IMG/VR virus record: IMGVR_UViG_3300036796_000044
Coordinates: 1-45,048 of that record
Origin: a virus
Taxonomy: Duplodnaviria; Caudoviricetes
Reading direction: 5' to 3' (one strand)
Length of the DNA: 45,048 bases
The notes beneath the pieces are model-generated. The model ran no database searches, had not been told where the DNA came from, and saw nothing but the letters and a program-made list of their open reading frames with translations. This document shows positions 17,486 to 27,512 of the stretch, in pieces (the stretch's first letter is position 1; the number at the start of each line of letters is the position of its first letter). The position numbers and the translations under genes were made by a program.

Positions 17486-17978
17486 TTTCCTTGCTCCTCT
17501 GTTTGACGCGATAGTGATAGAGTTTCCCTATTGGCTCGAAACCTGCTACCTTGAGTAGCTTGTCCATTCCTTCATCGTTTCCTCCTCCTGTGTACGTGGC
17601 TCCGATTATGGTAGCCTTGCGTGCTAGCGCCCAGTCGCGATATGCTGCTATGAGCTTCAACGCATTCGGCAGCGTGCGATATTCAGGCAGTATAAATAAG
17701 AATATGTCATTGCATACGCGGTCCCAAGAGAATGCCATCGTTACGCAATAAGCGCCGATGCCTCCCACAAGCTCCTCGCGCTCGTTCAGCAGAACGAAGG
17801 TCATGAAGTAGCCATCGTTGTTAATGTTCTGGTCCAGCATGAACTTAATGCGCGACGGATCGACGACTACGCCTTTGTAGTTCGGCAGCTTGGGAATCTC
17901 ACGAGCGGCATGGTCGATTATACCAGGAATGTCGATCTCGGTATATCGCCGTACGTGTGTTTTGCGCGTCGTCGGCAT
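17457..17978 (-). CDS. GNAT-family acetyltransferase-like protein
   Basis: LVGG, LFILPEYR (motif A), KLIAAYRDWA and KLLKVAGF. Located between tail and internal virion genes. Confidence 0.75.
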   Translation of the reverse strand: MPTTRKTHVRRYTEIDIPGIIDHAAREIPKLPNYKGVVVDPSRIKFMLDQNINNDGYFMTFVLLNEREELVGGIGAYCVTMAFSWDRVCNDIFLFILPEYRTLPNALKLIAAYRDWALARKATIIGATYTGGGNDEGMDKLLKVAGFEPIGKLYHYRVKQRSKENVSTEYASR

Positions 17979-17992
17979 CTGTTTGACTCACA

Positions 17993-19372
17993 CTATAGCT
18001 CGGCGGAAAGGTATAGCCGCGCGTTGGCGCTGCCATGTAGCATAGTCGCGTTTCCTCCTACCAGTCCCGATGCAACAGTCGCTGTTAGCATTAAGTGCGC
18101 ATTGCTGCCACTATTTATTCCTAGCGATGCTAAAGCAATAGTAGTATAAGCGGCAGACATTAGTGTCCAATCAGTTAGCGCACTGTAGCTGAAGTTCGGG
18201 GACACTCGCATAGGAGGGGCTAGCGGCACCAATATCTGCGCGTTGGTGGTAGAGGCGCATTGTCCCATGACGTTGCTGGTTCCGCTCTGGCCGGTTATCA
18301 CCTGATAATAACGCAGACACTGTGCAAGCACATCTGCATCATTTCGCCAGTCGTACGGCGAGGCCACAGAGCCTAACTCAAGTTGAATGTTGCTTAAGTT
18401 AATCCATGCGCTGGCGTTGCCAACCATCGCAATACCGCCGTTAGCGGCTTTGAAGTTTCCATTAAGCCATACCCCAACGCTAGATGTACGGTAGTTTGCG
18501 CCGCATCCCAGGTCGAACGTTACAAACATACCATTGACATACGGATTCGAGATCCACAAACCGGAACCGGCAGCGCCATCAGGTGGAATGTTGATGACAA
18601 TTTTCTGCCAAACACTTGCAGTCGTGACATTGAAAGTAAAGACGTATGAGCGACTGCTCGCGCCGTTCAACACCGCTCCGGAATAAGTTCCAGCAGCACT
18701 CGCTTGTATCCAAAACGAAAGCGTTATCGGCGATGCCGCAGCGGTTCCAAACGTGAAATCGGCTATGTTCAGAAATTCGATCAATTGCTGAATCACGGCA
18801 ACGTCAGTTGCTATAGGCGCAAGCGCCGAGACTGTGTTGATTGAAATAATCCCAGTAGCGCCAGCAGGTCCATTTCCTATGCTCTGTATCGTGTGAAATG
18901 ATAATTTGCTTGGCTGTGTTATTGATACTTGCCATCTGTCACTAACATAGCCAGTAGCACTTGGAGTTACCGTTGCATAGTTGTTGTATTGATCGACCAT
19001 GAACTGACCGTTGATAAGACGGTTACGGTTCTGTGCTGCTTTGCTATCAACGTACTGCTTGGTAGCTGCACCAAGAGGAACCGCAGGGTCTGCGCTCAGA
19101 ACAAGCGGTCCAGTCAGAGTACCACCGGAAAGCGGAACCATGCCATCCACGTAGTGCTTATCGGCTGCATCGGTGGGATTGGCAGGATCGCCTAGCAACG
19201 TAAGCGGTGCTGACATGGCCACCGATCCATCCGCATAGATTGGCGTTTTACTAAGGCCTGTGCCCTGTGTAGACCACTTCTCACCGTCCCAGCGGTAAAC
19301 CGGCAGACCTGCAACTAACGGCTGCGGATAAAGCTGACCAACAGTCGGAGTATTTGGAAAGTTGATGCCCAT
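17993..19372 (-). CDS. tail fibre protein 2
   Basis: INFPNTPTVGQ..YRWDGEKW N-terminus, DP..AATKQYVD repeats, NRLINGQF..DQ and QLELGSVASPY. Confidence 0.75.
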   Translation of the reverse strand: MGINFPNTPTVGQLYPQPLVAGLPVYRWDGEKWSTQGTGLSKTPIYADGSVAMSAPLTLLGDPANPTDAADKHYVDGMVPLSGGTLTGPLVLSADPAVPLGAATKQYVDSKAAQNRNRLINGQFMVDQYNNYATVTPSATGYVSDRWQVSITQPSKLSFHTIQSIGNGPAGATGIISINTVSALAPIATDVAVIQQLIEFLNIADFTFGTAAASPITLSFWIQASAAGTYSGAVLNGASSRSYVFTFNVTTASVWQKIVINIPPDGAAGSGLWISNPYVNGMFVTFDLGCGANYRTSSVGVWLNGNFKAANGGIAMVGNASAWINLSNIQLELGSVASPYDWRNDADVLAQCLRYYQVITGQSGTSNVMGQCASTTNAQILVPLAPPMRVSPNFSYSALTDWTLMSAAYTTIALASLGINSGSNAHLMLTATVASGLVGGNATMLHGSANARLYLSAEL

Positions 19373-19399
19373 AGTCCCGTCCTCGTTTGAGTCAAACGC

Positions 19400-22162
19400 T
19401 TAAGGCTGCGAATATATCCAGAAGTTTGTGGAGTTACTAAGCATATACGCACGACCGGCTGTTAGGCCACTGAAATTCCCTGCATCGTATATTCCGCCGT
19501 CTGGATATATGGCATAGGTACTGATATTTGTTGCGCTCTGCTGAGTTGCTACAAACGTCGTCGTGTCGTATACGTTTATGACGCCTAAACTTCCCATCTG
19601 AGCCGCAGGATTGCTTTTCATTCCTACGTGCTTAATAGGGAACCTGATATTTGTTGCACTGTATGCGAACCCAATGTCTCCACGCGTTGCAGGACGGAGA
19701 TATCGCTGGCACACCATATATTCCTGATCCTGCGTACGAAGCACATTTGGCAGTATGCCAAGCGCCGGTCCCTGACTGCCAACAGCAACATGTACTCCAG
19801 TCAATCCAACAATATTGTTAGCTGTGTCGAAGGCATTTGTCATGCCGGCAGCGCCGTAGTAAGAGATCGTAGGCTGCCAACTATTAACATTTGACGTTAG
19901 CATGTTTGCGCCGGCAGCGAACGTCCAGTGAATCCGCACTCCCTCGTATTGCCACGGATACCAGTTCTTTGTTGTCTCGGGTGGAATCACTATTTGTTTA
20001 TATTCCCATGTGCCGGCGTTATTGATTGTGTAAGTTGTTGTGTAGCTGGTGTTATTGCTAGCGTAAGTGTTCCATAATGACAGAGAGTACGTGCCGGGCT
20101 TGCTTGCCATAACCAGAAACGAAATCGTGATCGGCTGGCCAGATGAATATCCCCAACGTGTTTGATTCCATCTGTATCCTTCGATGCTCTGCGTAAGTGT
20201 AACGTAGTCAGTTGCCGGCGGCGTGGCTGCAACTGGTGTCGTCATTTTCATCTGCAAGCTCTGCATAAACCCAAAGGGCCGAGTCGTTAAGTCGTTTTGG
20301 ATTTGCTGGACGGTGCCGGCTGCGGCGCTCAAAGTAAGCCACGATCGCCATGCATCGACCGGAGCGATTGTTGTTGCGGTACCGGACATAGGAACCGCTG
20401 TAGTGCCGTACATTTGCGCTATGTCCATGGAACCATTGACTTGCAACCCTCCAAGCCCTGAGAAGTTATAAGGATTAGCGGTATTGGCCACTTGCGCATC
20501 GACATACTGCTTAGTCACAGCGCCGAGAGCGACAGTTGGATCAGCAGTTAGTGTAAGATTAGACGCTACACCACTAGCTTTAGGCAGGAACAGTGTCGTA
20601 TCGGCCTGCGGCGCTGCAATTACCCATTGAGTGCTGTCCCCGTCATTGTATCTGATCCACAACAAGCCGCTGTCGCTCTCCCACCACAGTGAGTTGTCAG
20701 GCACTCCAGGCGGAGGCGTATCTGAAACGTAAACCGTGGACCCGCCTCCACCGCTTGGTATCTGCCCCATTACGAAGGCGGTCGTGGCGAGCTTGGTCGA
20801 GCTGTCGTTAGCTGTTGGCGTCGGTGCAGTAGGTGTCCCGGTGAGTGCTGGCGAGTTCAGCGGAGCCGCACCGAGAAGTGCCATGGCTTGTGTTTGAGTC
20901 AAACTGATTGGTGCTGCTGCTGCTCCAGTGTTGTTGCCCTTGAGTGTGTTAGCCGGCATCGTTCCAAGCATTGCATCGGTCACACCGGCTGGTGCAACTG
21001 AGAGCGTGACAGCCCCGGAGCCTCCACCTGTCAAACCAGGGCCAGCAGTAACAGTTGTCACACCGCTGGAAACTGCTGCCACAGCGCTCTGCACGAATGC
21101 TGTAGTAGCAAGTTTCGTCGAATTGTCTGTACCGGGAGATACTGTCGGTGCAGTTGGTGTACCTGTAAATGCTGGTGAATTGATGGGAGCGCCGCCGAGA
21201 GTTGTAATGTCGCCGAGCGTCATTGTCACAACGCCTGCACGGCCATTCCAGCTTGTTACGCCACCTGCTGTCGCCACCAGAGACTGTACAAAAGCGGTAT
21301 TGGCAATCTTTGTCGAGCTATCGGTGTTTGGCGTCACAGTCGGAACGGTCGGCGCACCAGTAAACGCTGGACTGGCAATCGGCGCGCCGCCTACGCCAGT
21401 CACGTCGCCAAGCGTCAGCGTCACCGCTCCGTTACGGCCGTTGAATGATTGCACACTGCCTGCTATTAACGCTGCCGCAACCGACTGCACATACGCTGTA
21501 TTAGCAATCTTTGTCGAATTGTCACTTGGCGGCGTGACTGTTGGTACTGTCGGCGCACCTGTAAACGCCGGAGATGCCAGCGGTGCCTTCTTCAAGACGA
21601 CTTCGTCAATGGCGGCCTGCACATTCGTCGCGACTAGGTTACTGGTTGTATTGCTATATCCAATACCAGAGGCGGTCGTAGGCGCCAGGCTATTATATGT
21701 AAACGCCCAGTATGCGGCATCGGTCTGGATACTACCAGTCGCTGTACTCACATGGTCAACAACGCATATCGCATATACGCTGCGACCTGCGGTTGTATCG
21801 TATACCTGATCGCCGATATGGTATGCAGTGTTTTGCAGCCATTGGCCACGCGGCCTGAACGATAGCACAATCGGGGACCAATACGACGGATGGGCCGCTC
21901 TGTCCTGCGCAAACGTCGTCGGTACCGCAGCGCTTATATGTGTCTGAACGCACAGCCAAGTTGTAGCATCAGCACTGTCAATAGCTAGATTTCCGACAAT
22001 GTAATCGTATGAGTTCGCCCATAGCGTAGCGCCTGTTGACTGCGTGACTCCATATAACGCCAAATCGATCGCATCGAACGAATCCCATATGCCTTGTATC
22101 CATGGCTCGGATAGGAAGTCCGTCTTTGGGAGCCGAAAGTATTTCGTATATGTGAGCGTCAT
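19400..22162 (-). CDS. tail fibre protein 1
   Basis: Four AP(L/I)xSPA(F/L)TGxPTxPT..DxSTK(I/L)AxTA(F/Y)V repeats, two SxNGRxGxVT repeats, and a C-terminal domain similar to fibre 2. Confidence 0.85.
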   Translation of the reverse strand: MTLTYTKYFRLPKTDFLSEPWIQGIWDSFDAIDLALYGVTQSTGATLWANSYDYIVGNLAIDSADATTWLCVQTHISAAVPTTFAQDRAAHPSYWSPIVLSFRPRGQWLQNTAYHIGDQVYDTTAGRSVYAICVVDHVSTATGSIQTDAAYWAFTYNSLAPTTASGIGYSNTTSNLVATNVQAAIDEVVLKKAPLASPAFTGAPTVPTVTPPSDNSTKIANTAYVQSVAAALIAGSVQSFNGRNGAVTLTLGDVTGVGGAPIASPAFTGAPTVPTVTPNTDSSTKIANTAFVQSLVATAGGVTSWNGRAGVVTMTLGDITTLGGAPINSPAFTGTPTAPTVSPGTDNSTKLATTAFVQSAVAAVSSGVTTVTAGPGLTGGGSGAVTLSVAPAGVTDAMLGTMPANTLKGNNTGAAAAPISLTQTQAMALLGAAPLNSPALTGTPTAPTPTANDSSTKLATTAFVMGQIPSGGGGSTVYVSDTPPPGVPDNSLWWESDSGLLWIRYNDGDSTQWVIAAPQADTTLFLPKASGVASNLTLTADPTVALGAVTKQYVDAQVANTANPYNFSGLGGLQVNGSMDIAQMYGTTAVPMSGTATTIAPVDAWRSWLTLSAAAGTVQQIQNDLTTRPFGFMQSLQMKMTTPVAATPPATDYVTLTQSIEGYRWNQTRWGYSSGQPITISFLVMASKPGTYSLSLWNTYASNNTSYTTTYTINNAGTWEYKQIVIPPETTKNWYPWQYEGVRIHWTFAAGANMLTSNVNSWQPTISYYGAAGMTNAFDTANNIVGLTGVHVAVGSQGPALGILPNVLRTQDQEYMVCQRYLRPATRGDIGFAYSATNIRFPIKHVGMKSNPAAQMGSLGVINVYDTTTFVATQQSATNISTYAIYPDGGIYDAGNFSGLTAGRAYMLSNSTNFWIYSQP

Positions 22163-22190
22163 GGCTCATGCCCCTGTTTGAGTCACACAG

Positions 22191-24008
22191 TCAGCGCTTG
22201 TATTTGCCTCGTGAGTACAGAAACGACGCGCTAATGATCTGGAGCGGCTTAGTTGTCGTCCCTATGAATCGCAGCTTCAAGAGCTTGAACTTGAGCGGAT
22301 AGCCCCATAGCCTAGGATCGTCCGCACGCCTGCCACCACCCATGGGACCATCATTGTAGCCTGCGCCGAGTGTACCACCACCCGTGAATGGCACAGACAA
22401 CCCCGGGCCGAAACGCACGACGCCGTTATCATCCTTATACATCCCATCTACATATGCCTCTGCTGTAAATTCCGCCGAGCCCAGCGTTCCTATGCTAATG
22501 AAGCGCAAATGCTTTGATTTCATCGGGTCTTTGCCGCTCAGCCACGGTAGTTCCATCTCGAACGCGATCGGTATGCCTGTGTATTTTAACCACCAGGTAG
22601 GGTTGGCAGCAATATCGGCTGCTATGTTTGACGTTCCACTCGTGTGCGCAACCATACACGTATATGAAACGTTGCCAAGCGTATCACGAATGATTTGGCC
22701 CGCGCCATAAATTGTGTTGACTGCCCAGTTAGCATCACGGTCATTCATACAGTCCGCATAGTAGTTCTCGCCAATAAACACAGGGTTGCCATGCTGGTAA
22801 ATTCTTGTGCCGAGCGCATAGAATATACGGCCCAGAAACGTTACACACGCACATGTCCAGGCTTTCGGAAAGTTGTACTCGGACCATGAGCTATAGTGTA
22901 GATTCTCACTGCCGGTATGCACAAAGCATCGTCCTGACGGATTGAATAGAATAGTGTCATGCCACAACGGATCGTGAACCATGAAGCAGTTATTCTGCTG
23001 TTGGGAATCTGTCAAATTACCTGTTATGTTCCGATAGAACGGCTCGATACGATCGCTCACGTGATCGCTGGTAATCACACCACTAAACAGGTTCTTCTTG
23101 GCATCGCTGAATCCATCAAGTCCCGAGAAAATTAGATCGTGCTCTACTGGCGTAACGCATCGTTGTCCAAGCAAGCCAAATTTTGGCAATGTATCAGGGA
23201 ACTGAGGCTTATGAATGCCATTGGAATCGTAATTACCTAGCTGCACAAGTAGCGACTGACCTTGGAAGAACACGATAAGATAGCTTCGAAAGCCTGCCAG
23301 GCCTCGAATTGCAACCGCGCCCTCTGGAGAATAAGCACCAACGTCGATCGAAATGCTATCGTTAGGAGCCGCGTCGCCAGGAAACACACCAGAAGTACCG
23401 ACCGCAGATATATAGATGGTCGTTGGTAGATTCACAACTCCCGCTATGCAATGGTAGTTCTGCGCAACGCATCCGTATTTGCCTATTGGCGTATTCACGT
23501 TGCTACCTACTGCCAAGTCCTGCAAGTAGTCAAACTTGTAATTCTTATCTATAACAATCGGCTTATCGACGCCGTTGTGAATAATAAGCGTATCCTTGAA
23601 CGGCACAAAACTTACTGCAACGTACGTGCTTTTCCAACCACTCGGATGCCCTGGAAGCGCATTGGCAACCCCACTGTTCCATCCAACAGCAACAACACCT
23701 GTAGGCGTCACTGTCGCTATTTCACCGGAGTCCATCACAACGACTATGCGCCCGTTGAAGTAGCACATGTCCATAATGTTGCCGGCCGCAAAGCCTTTCA
23801 CGTCCGCGAACCAGTTGCTCCCAAATCGTACCTGCTGCCCTCCCGATGGCGTGCGGCGAAAATTCTTCAACGTCATAGCATACTTAGGCTCCATGGTGAA
23901 GTCGTCGTCCACGGAGTTCAGCCCACCACCAAAGCCCCTGAGCGATAGACTCAGAAGCTGTGATCTAGGCGTCTTGCCAGAAAAGGTCTTTGGAAACAGC
24001 ATTCCCAT
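22191..24008 (-). CDS. tail nozzle / tail tubular B-like (P22 gp10-like) protein
   Basis: N-terminal GFGGGLNS..LKNF..G..VRFG pattern, beta-rich ~605 aa, follows the adaptor gene. Confidence 0.65.
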   Translation of the reverse strand: MGMLFPKTFSGKTPRSQLLSLSLRGFGGGLNSVDDDFTMEPKYAMTLKNFRRTPSGGQQVRFGSNWFADVKGFAAGNIMDMCYFNGRIVVVMDSGEIATVTPTGVVAVGWNSGVANALPGHPSGWKSTYVAVSFVPFKDTLIIHNGVDKPIVIDKNYKFDYLQDLAVGSNVNTPIGKYGCVAQNYHCIAGVVNLPTTIYISAVGTSGVFPGDAAPNDSISIDVGAYSPEGAVAIRGLAGFRSYLIVFFQGQSLLVQLGNYDSNGIHKPQFPDTLPKFGLLGQRCVTPVEHDLIFSGLDGFSDAKKNLFSGVITSDHVSDRIEPFYRNITGNLTDSQQQNNCFMVHDPLWHDTILFNPSGRCFVHTGSENLHYSSWSEYNFPKAWTCACVTFLGRIFYALGTRIYQHGNPVFIGENYYADCMNDRDANWAVNTIYGAGQIIRDTLGNVSYTCMVAHTSGTSNIAADIAANPTWWLKYTGIPIAFEMELPWLSGKDPMKSKHLRFISIGTLGSAEFTAEAYVDGMYKDDNGVVRFGPGLSVPFTGGGTLGAGYNDGPMGGGRRADDPRLWGYPLKFKLLKLRFIGTTTKPLQIISASFLYSRGKYKR

Positions 24009-24024
24009 GATGCACCTGTTTGAC

Positions 24025-24720
24025 TCAAACGCCAGTACCGACGAGCCATTCGTTAGGAATGCCCGTTCGACCACCGGAGCCGAAGGTTATCTCGTGTGAG
24101 GCAAACTGCGCCAGAATGTCCTTGTAGCGCATCTCCATCATGTTCTTCGCCATATCCGCGGCGGCAGCATTCAGATCGTCAGTGGATAGCGTAGCCCATG
24201 CCGTCCCATATACCAGCATGTCACGATCCATGTAGAACGTGTCCTGCCAGTCCCAAGCATCATTCTGCACTGGATAGAACTTCGCGAACACGTTGATTTT
24301 GCCGACCGAGGTCTTCGGCATCACGAAAATGCGTTTCGTCGCATACAGTGGATTCAGTACATTAAGAGCGTTCCAGTAGAGCGGCCCTGATCCCGAGGAC
24401 ATATCCGGCTGAAACGGACTGATGCCTCGCGGCGCAAGAGTCAAATTCGTAAATGCGCCATCCCTGCGCACGGCAATTATGTCTTCGAAATCCTGCACGT
24501 TCATTAGCTCATTAGTCGTCACCGTTCCCGTCACGCCATCGAGCGCCAATTGCAGCCAGTCGCAATAGTTGCGCCAATTGTACTTCTTGAATAGCATGTT
24601 GAATGCACGAATCGCATCAGCAAACATGCGATCATCCGAATACATCTGCACGCCTGGACCCGATACCTCGCCAACCAATTCCTGTGCGTCGTCAACAATA
24701 TGGCGGATAGTTGCAGACAT
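24025..24720 (-). CDS. head-tail adaptor / tail tubular A-like protein
   Basis: ~230 aa upstream of the nozzle gene. Start 24720 is coupled (TAATG) to the upstream small ORF; stop lies inside the palindrome. Confidence 0.55.
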   Translation of the reverse strand: MSATIRHIVDDAQELVGEVSGPGVQMYSDDRMFADAIRAFNMLFKKYNWRNYCDWLQLALDGVTGTVTTNELMNVQDFEDIIAVRRDGAFTNLTLAPRGISPFQPDMSSGSGPLYWNALNVLNPLYATKRIFVMPKTSVGKINVFAKFYPVQNDAWDWQDTFYMDRDMLVYGTAWATLSTDDLNAAAADMAKNMMEMRYKDILAQFASHEITFGSGGRTGIPNEWLVGTGV

Positions 24721-24881
24721 TATTTCGACTCCTTGCCAAGGCAACTGCTGACCATCTGTGCAATTAACTGATCCCGTCGCTCCGCATGTTCATTGTAGAC
24801 CCACAGGAACACAAGGTTGACTGTCACAAGAGCTATGGCAAGGGGCTGGGACTTCATGCTATCCAACAGGGCCTTGACCAT
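24720..24881 (-). CDS. small single-TM protein (53 aa), possible holin; not in ORF track
   Basis: MVKALLDSMKSQPLAIALVTVNLVFLWVYNEHAERRDQLIAQMVSSCLGKESK* fills the gap exactly and is coupled to the next gene. Confidence 0.6.
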   Translation of the reverse strand: MVKALLDSMKSQPLAIALVTVNLVFLWVYNEHAERRDQLIAQMVSSCLGKESK

Positions 24882-24898
24882 AGTGTTTGACTCACACA

Positions 24899-25612
24899 CT
24901 AGCTGGTGAATTGCTGAATACCGAGGAATCCACCATTGCCGGCAACGTTCACGCTGTTGTCGCCGAACATATCCACGTCGATTCTGGACACGCCATCCAG
25001 CGTCATGATCGGCTGATACGTGCCACGAGGATCGCCAGAGACGTTCGTGGCAGGATCAGTCAGATCAGGCAACGTAAACACCGCCGGTATCGTGATCGAC
25101 GCTTGCGGAACCAAGACGCCGGCTTCGTGCGCAAACGCAATCACGCCCTTGTATGGTAGTCCGAGTCCCGCGCCGGTACCGATTGAGAGTAGAACCGCAG
25201 CCGTCGATGGAGTAACAGTTCGCACTGATATGACACGATAGAACGCTTTTTTGCCAACCAGCGCAGTTGTAGCACCAGCCGCGCCAGTGAACCGCTCGAC
25301 CATGGGCTGACCGATATAGTCTTGCCCAATGACCTCAACGACGTTGGCATTGCCAGGAGCGATCGACGGCGTGACTGTAATCGTACGGCCGTAAGTCGAG
25401 TCTGCAACACCAACGACGGCCAGCGCAGCAACGCTACCAGCCGCACCGTTCGCTGCAATGACGCCTGTTGTGTACTTCGTCGGATTGGCAAGTCCCGGTG
25501 TGCCAAGCGAGAAGTTCTGTGGTTCGAGATCAATCATGTCGGACGAGTATTGCATCGCCTTGACATAATTGTTGATGCCTTGCTGACTGAATCTTCGATC
25601 TCTCGCGGTCAT
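24899..25612 (-). CDS. putative virion structural (decoration-like) protein
   Basis: Ala/Gly/Thr/Val-rich beta protein downstream of the capsid gene; GKKAF and GDPRGTY motifs. Confidence 0.55.
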   Translation of the reverse strand: MTARDRRFSQQGINNYVKAMQYSSDMIDLEPQNFSLGTPGLANPTKYTTGVIAANGAAGSVAALAVVGVADSTYGRTITVTPSIAPGNANVVEVIGQDYIGQPMVERFTGAAGATTALVGKKAFYRVISVRTVTPSTAAVLLSIGTGAGLGLPYKGVIAFAHEAGVLVPQASITIPAVFTLPDLTDPATNVSGDPRGTYQPIMTLDGVSRIDVDMFGDNSVNVAGNGGFLGIQQFTS

Positions 25613-26043
25613 GCTACCTCCTTCTCCGCGACCTGTTCCGGCATCAATTGCGGGCCGGTCTTGGCACAGGCCATTTGGATGACCATGGTTTCCATATCGA
25701 TCATGGCACCGGCACGAGCATCAGCATCCTGTGCCATCATCACACGGCCTAGAGGACTGTTCGGATCAGACAAGCCCTCTAGGTTGATGATTCGTGGCTT
25801 CCTGTGCAATTGGTAGTGCTCAAGAAGTTGGCGATTTGGGATGCGAACAACATGCCCACGGGGAAAGTACACCATATATCCCGCGGGCTCTTCGACCATT
25901 TCCTTCTTCCACTCATACTGGTCGCGTTGCTTCGCATTGCCTTTTCGGGAAAGCACGAGCCGACATTTCTCGCGCTTGACCGTCCCCTGCAACTCGCGAA
26001 CGACGTACGCGAGTCGCGCTCCTATCATGTTCGCTGTAATCAT
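25609..26043 (-). CDS. hypothetical protein
   Basis: GAGG RBS; ATGA coupling to the next gene. Confidence 0.65.
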   Translation of the reverse strand: MITANMIGARLAYVVRELQGTVKREKCRLVLSRKGNAKQRDQYEWKKEMVEEPAGYMVYFPRGHVVRIPNRQLLEHYQLHRKPRIINLEGLSDPNSPLGRVMMAQDADARAGAMIDMETMVIQMACAKTGPQLMPEQVAEKEVA

Positions 26044-26056
26044 GCTGTACCTCGCG

Positions 26057-26488
26057 TTACGCCTTGGGCGGCTTCGACGGGGTCGGGACTGGCATTTCAG
26101 GCGTCACAATGCCAACCGTGACCCAGCCCTTGTCAGCGGTCCAGCCTGACTTCCATTCGATAACGGCGTCGTCACTCGGCGGATCAACTGGAGGCTGATT
26201 CGGAGGAATGAAAATCGGCGGCGTCGGGAATGGCTCATTTCCGCCACCCCAGATTCCTGGAGGCTGACCACCAGGTGCGATGGGATGCGACGGATGCCCA
26301 GGGCTCGGCCAGATGCCTGGAGGCTGGCCACCCGGAGCTATAGGATGCGTCGGGAAGCCTGGTCCCTGTGATGGATGCGGCGGCTGGCCACCGGGAGCGA
26401 TTGGATGGGATGGCCAACCAGGCACTCCAAATCCAGGATCAACAGGACCATCGCCGACTGGCATGATGAAAGCGAGAAACGGCTTCAT
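26057..26488 (-). CDS. Pro/Gly-rich repeat protein
   Basis: AGGAG RBS; three P(S/T)HPIAPGGQPP repeats. Confidence 0.7.
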   Translation of the reverse strand: MKPFLAFIMPVGDGPVDPGFGVPGWPSHPIAPGGQPPHPSQGPGFPTHPIAPGGQPPGIWPSPGHPSHPIAPGGQPPGIWGGGNEPFPTPPIFIPPNQPPVDPPSDDAVIEWKSGWTADKGWVTVGIVTPEMPVPTPSKPPKA

Positions 26489-26521
26489 ATCTATTCTCCT
26501 GTTTGAGTCAAAAAGCTAGGA

Positions 26522-27490
26522 CTAGTTAGTCAGGAACGCGTGTGTCCTGTAGTTACGCCATGTGCAAAGCTGACCCTCCCACACGACGCGCCGGCCGGTT
26601 GCATCCATAGACCACGGAGCAACCAATTGCTTGATCTTCATGTTGACACCACGCAGCACATGCAGCGTCATGTACCCGTCGTTGACAAAATACGCTTGAT
26701 TTGCATTGAGTTTCTCGTCGAACAGCAGTGGAATACCGTTGTGCGTGGTGCCGACGATCCCCAGGTTGACAAGCTTTTTTCCAGTTCCGGTAGCGTCAAG
26801 ATTGATATGTTGCTTGTCTCGGGCGGCCGCTTTGTGCATTCGATAGATGTTGCGGCCCGCAAAGATGACAGTAGGCTGTGGAGAGCTTTGACCGTCTGTT
26901 GACCGATTGAGGTCAAGTTCGGTGATATCATCGAATGCCTCCTCGATGTTCTCCGGCGTCAGCGTGCCTGTGAAGTCGTACGATGAGGTCCTCCACTGGC
27001 TCTCACTCGCCATGCTGATACCACCAACAGACCCGCTGGTCGGATCAACCGGAATGAGATTGCCCAGGCCGTTTGGATCGGTCCCGGCTCCCACGCTCGT
27101 GTGGTACGTAGCAAACTGACGAGAGATTGACTCATCGAGGGCCATGATCTTGCCCTTGATGATTTTGAAGATCGCTGCCCGACCCTGGTTCTCGTCCTCT
27201 TCCTGATCGGAGATAATCAGCGACCCGACGACCCGTGACATGAAGTGATTGACCGTCACGAATTCGTTCGTTTGGTTGACCGGCACGGTGTCGTAATACT
27301 GCATCGAAGTCACGTTGGGGTTCAGGCCAGTAATCAGCGGATTGCTGATCTGGGGTCCGCCGTCCTCAACCACCACACGCTTCTTCGCATGTAGATATGC
27401 GCTCACTGTGCCGGAGATCGCAGATGCCATAATCAACTTGGCACGGCTGCGAGTCAACATCGCGTTGACAACTGTGTCAAGAGTAGCCAT
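26522..27490 (-). CDS. major capsid protein
   Basis: 322 aa directly after the scaffold-like gene. GG..I..PL..G.N...YYD pattern of a phage capsid family. Confidence 0.8.
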   Translation of the reverse strand: MATLDTVVNAMLTRSRAKLIMASAISGTVSAYLHAKKRVVVEDGGPQISNPLITGLNPNVTSMQYYDTVPVNQTNEFVTVNHFMSRVVGSLIISDQEEDENQGRAAIFKIIKGKIMALDESISRQFATYHTSVGAGTDPNGLGNLIPVDPTSGSVGGISMASESQWRTSSYDFTGTLTPENIEEAFDDITELDLNRSTDGQSSPQPTVIFAGRNIYRMHKAAARDKQHINLDATGTGKKLVNLGIVGTTHNGIPLLFDEKLNANQAYFVNDGYMTLHVLRGVNMKIKQLVAPWSMDATGRRVVWEGQLCTWRNYRTHAFLTN

Positions 27491-27512
27491 CGGTAGAACT
27501 CCGTTGTTTGAC

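Noticed and set aside
2281-17978. RHH (DUF1778-like) plus GNAT as a TacAT toxin-antitoxin pair
   Set aside because: The genes are 15 kb apart on opposite strands, and the GNAT occupies the usual podovirus virion-module position.
17993-22162. Diversity-generating retroelement or invertase-type tail fibre switching
   Set aside because: No reverse transcriptase, recombinase or near-identical template/variable repeat was seen. Similarity between the fibres is only at the protein level.
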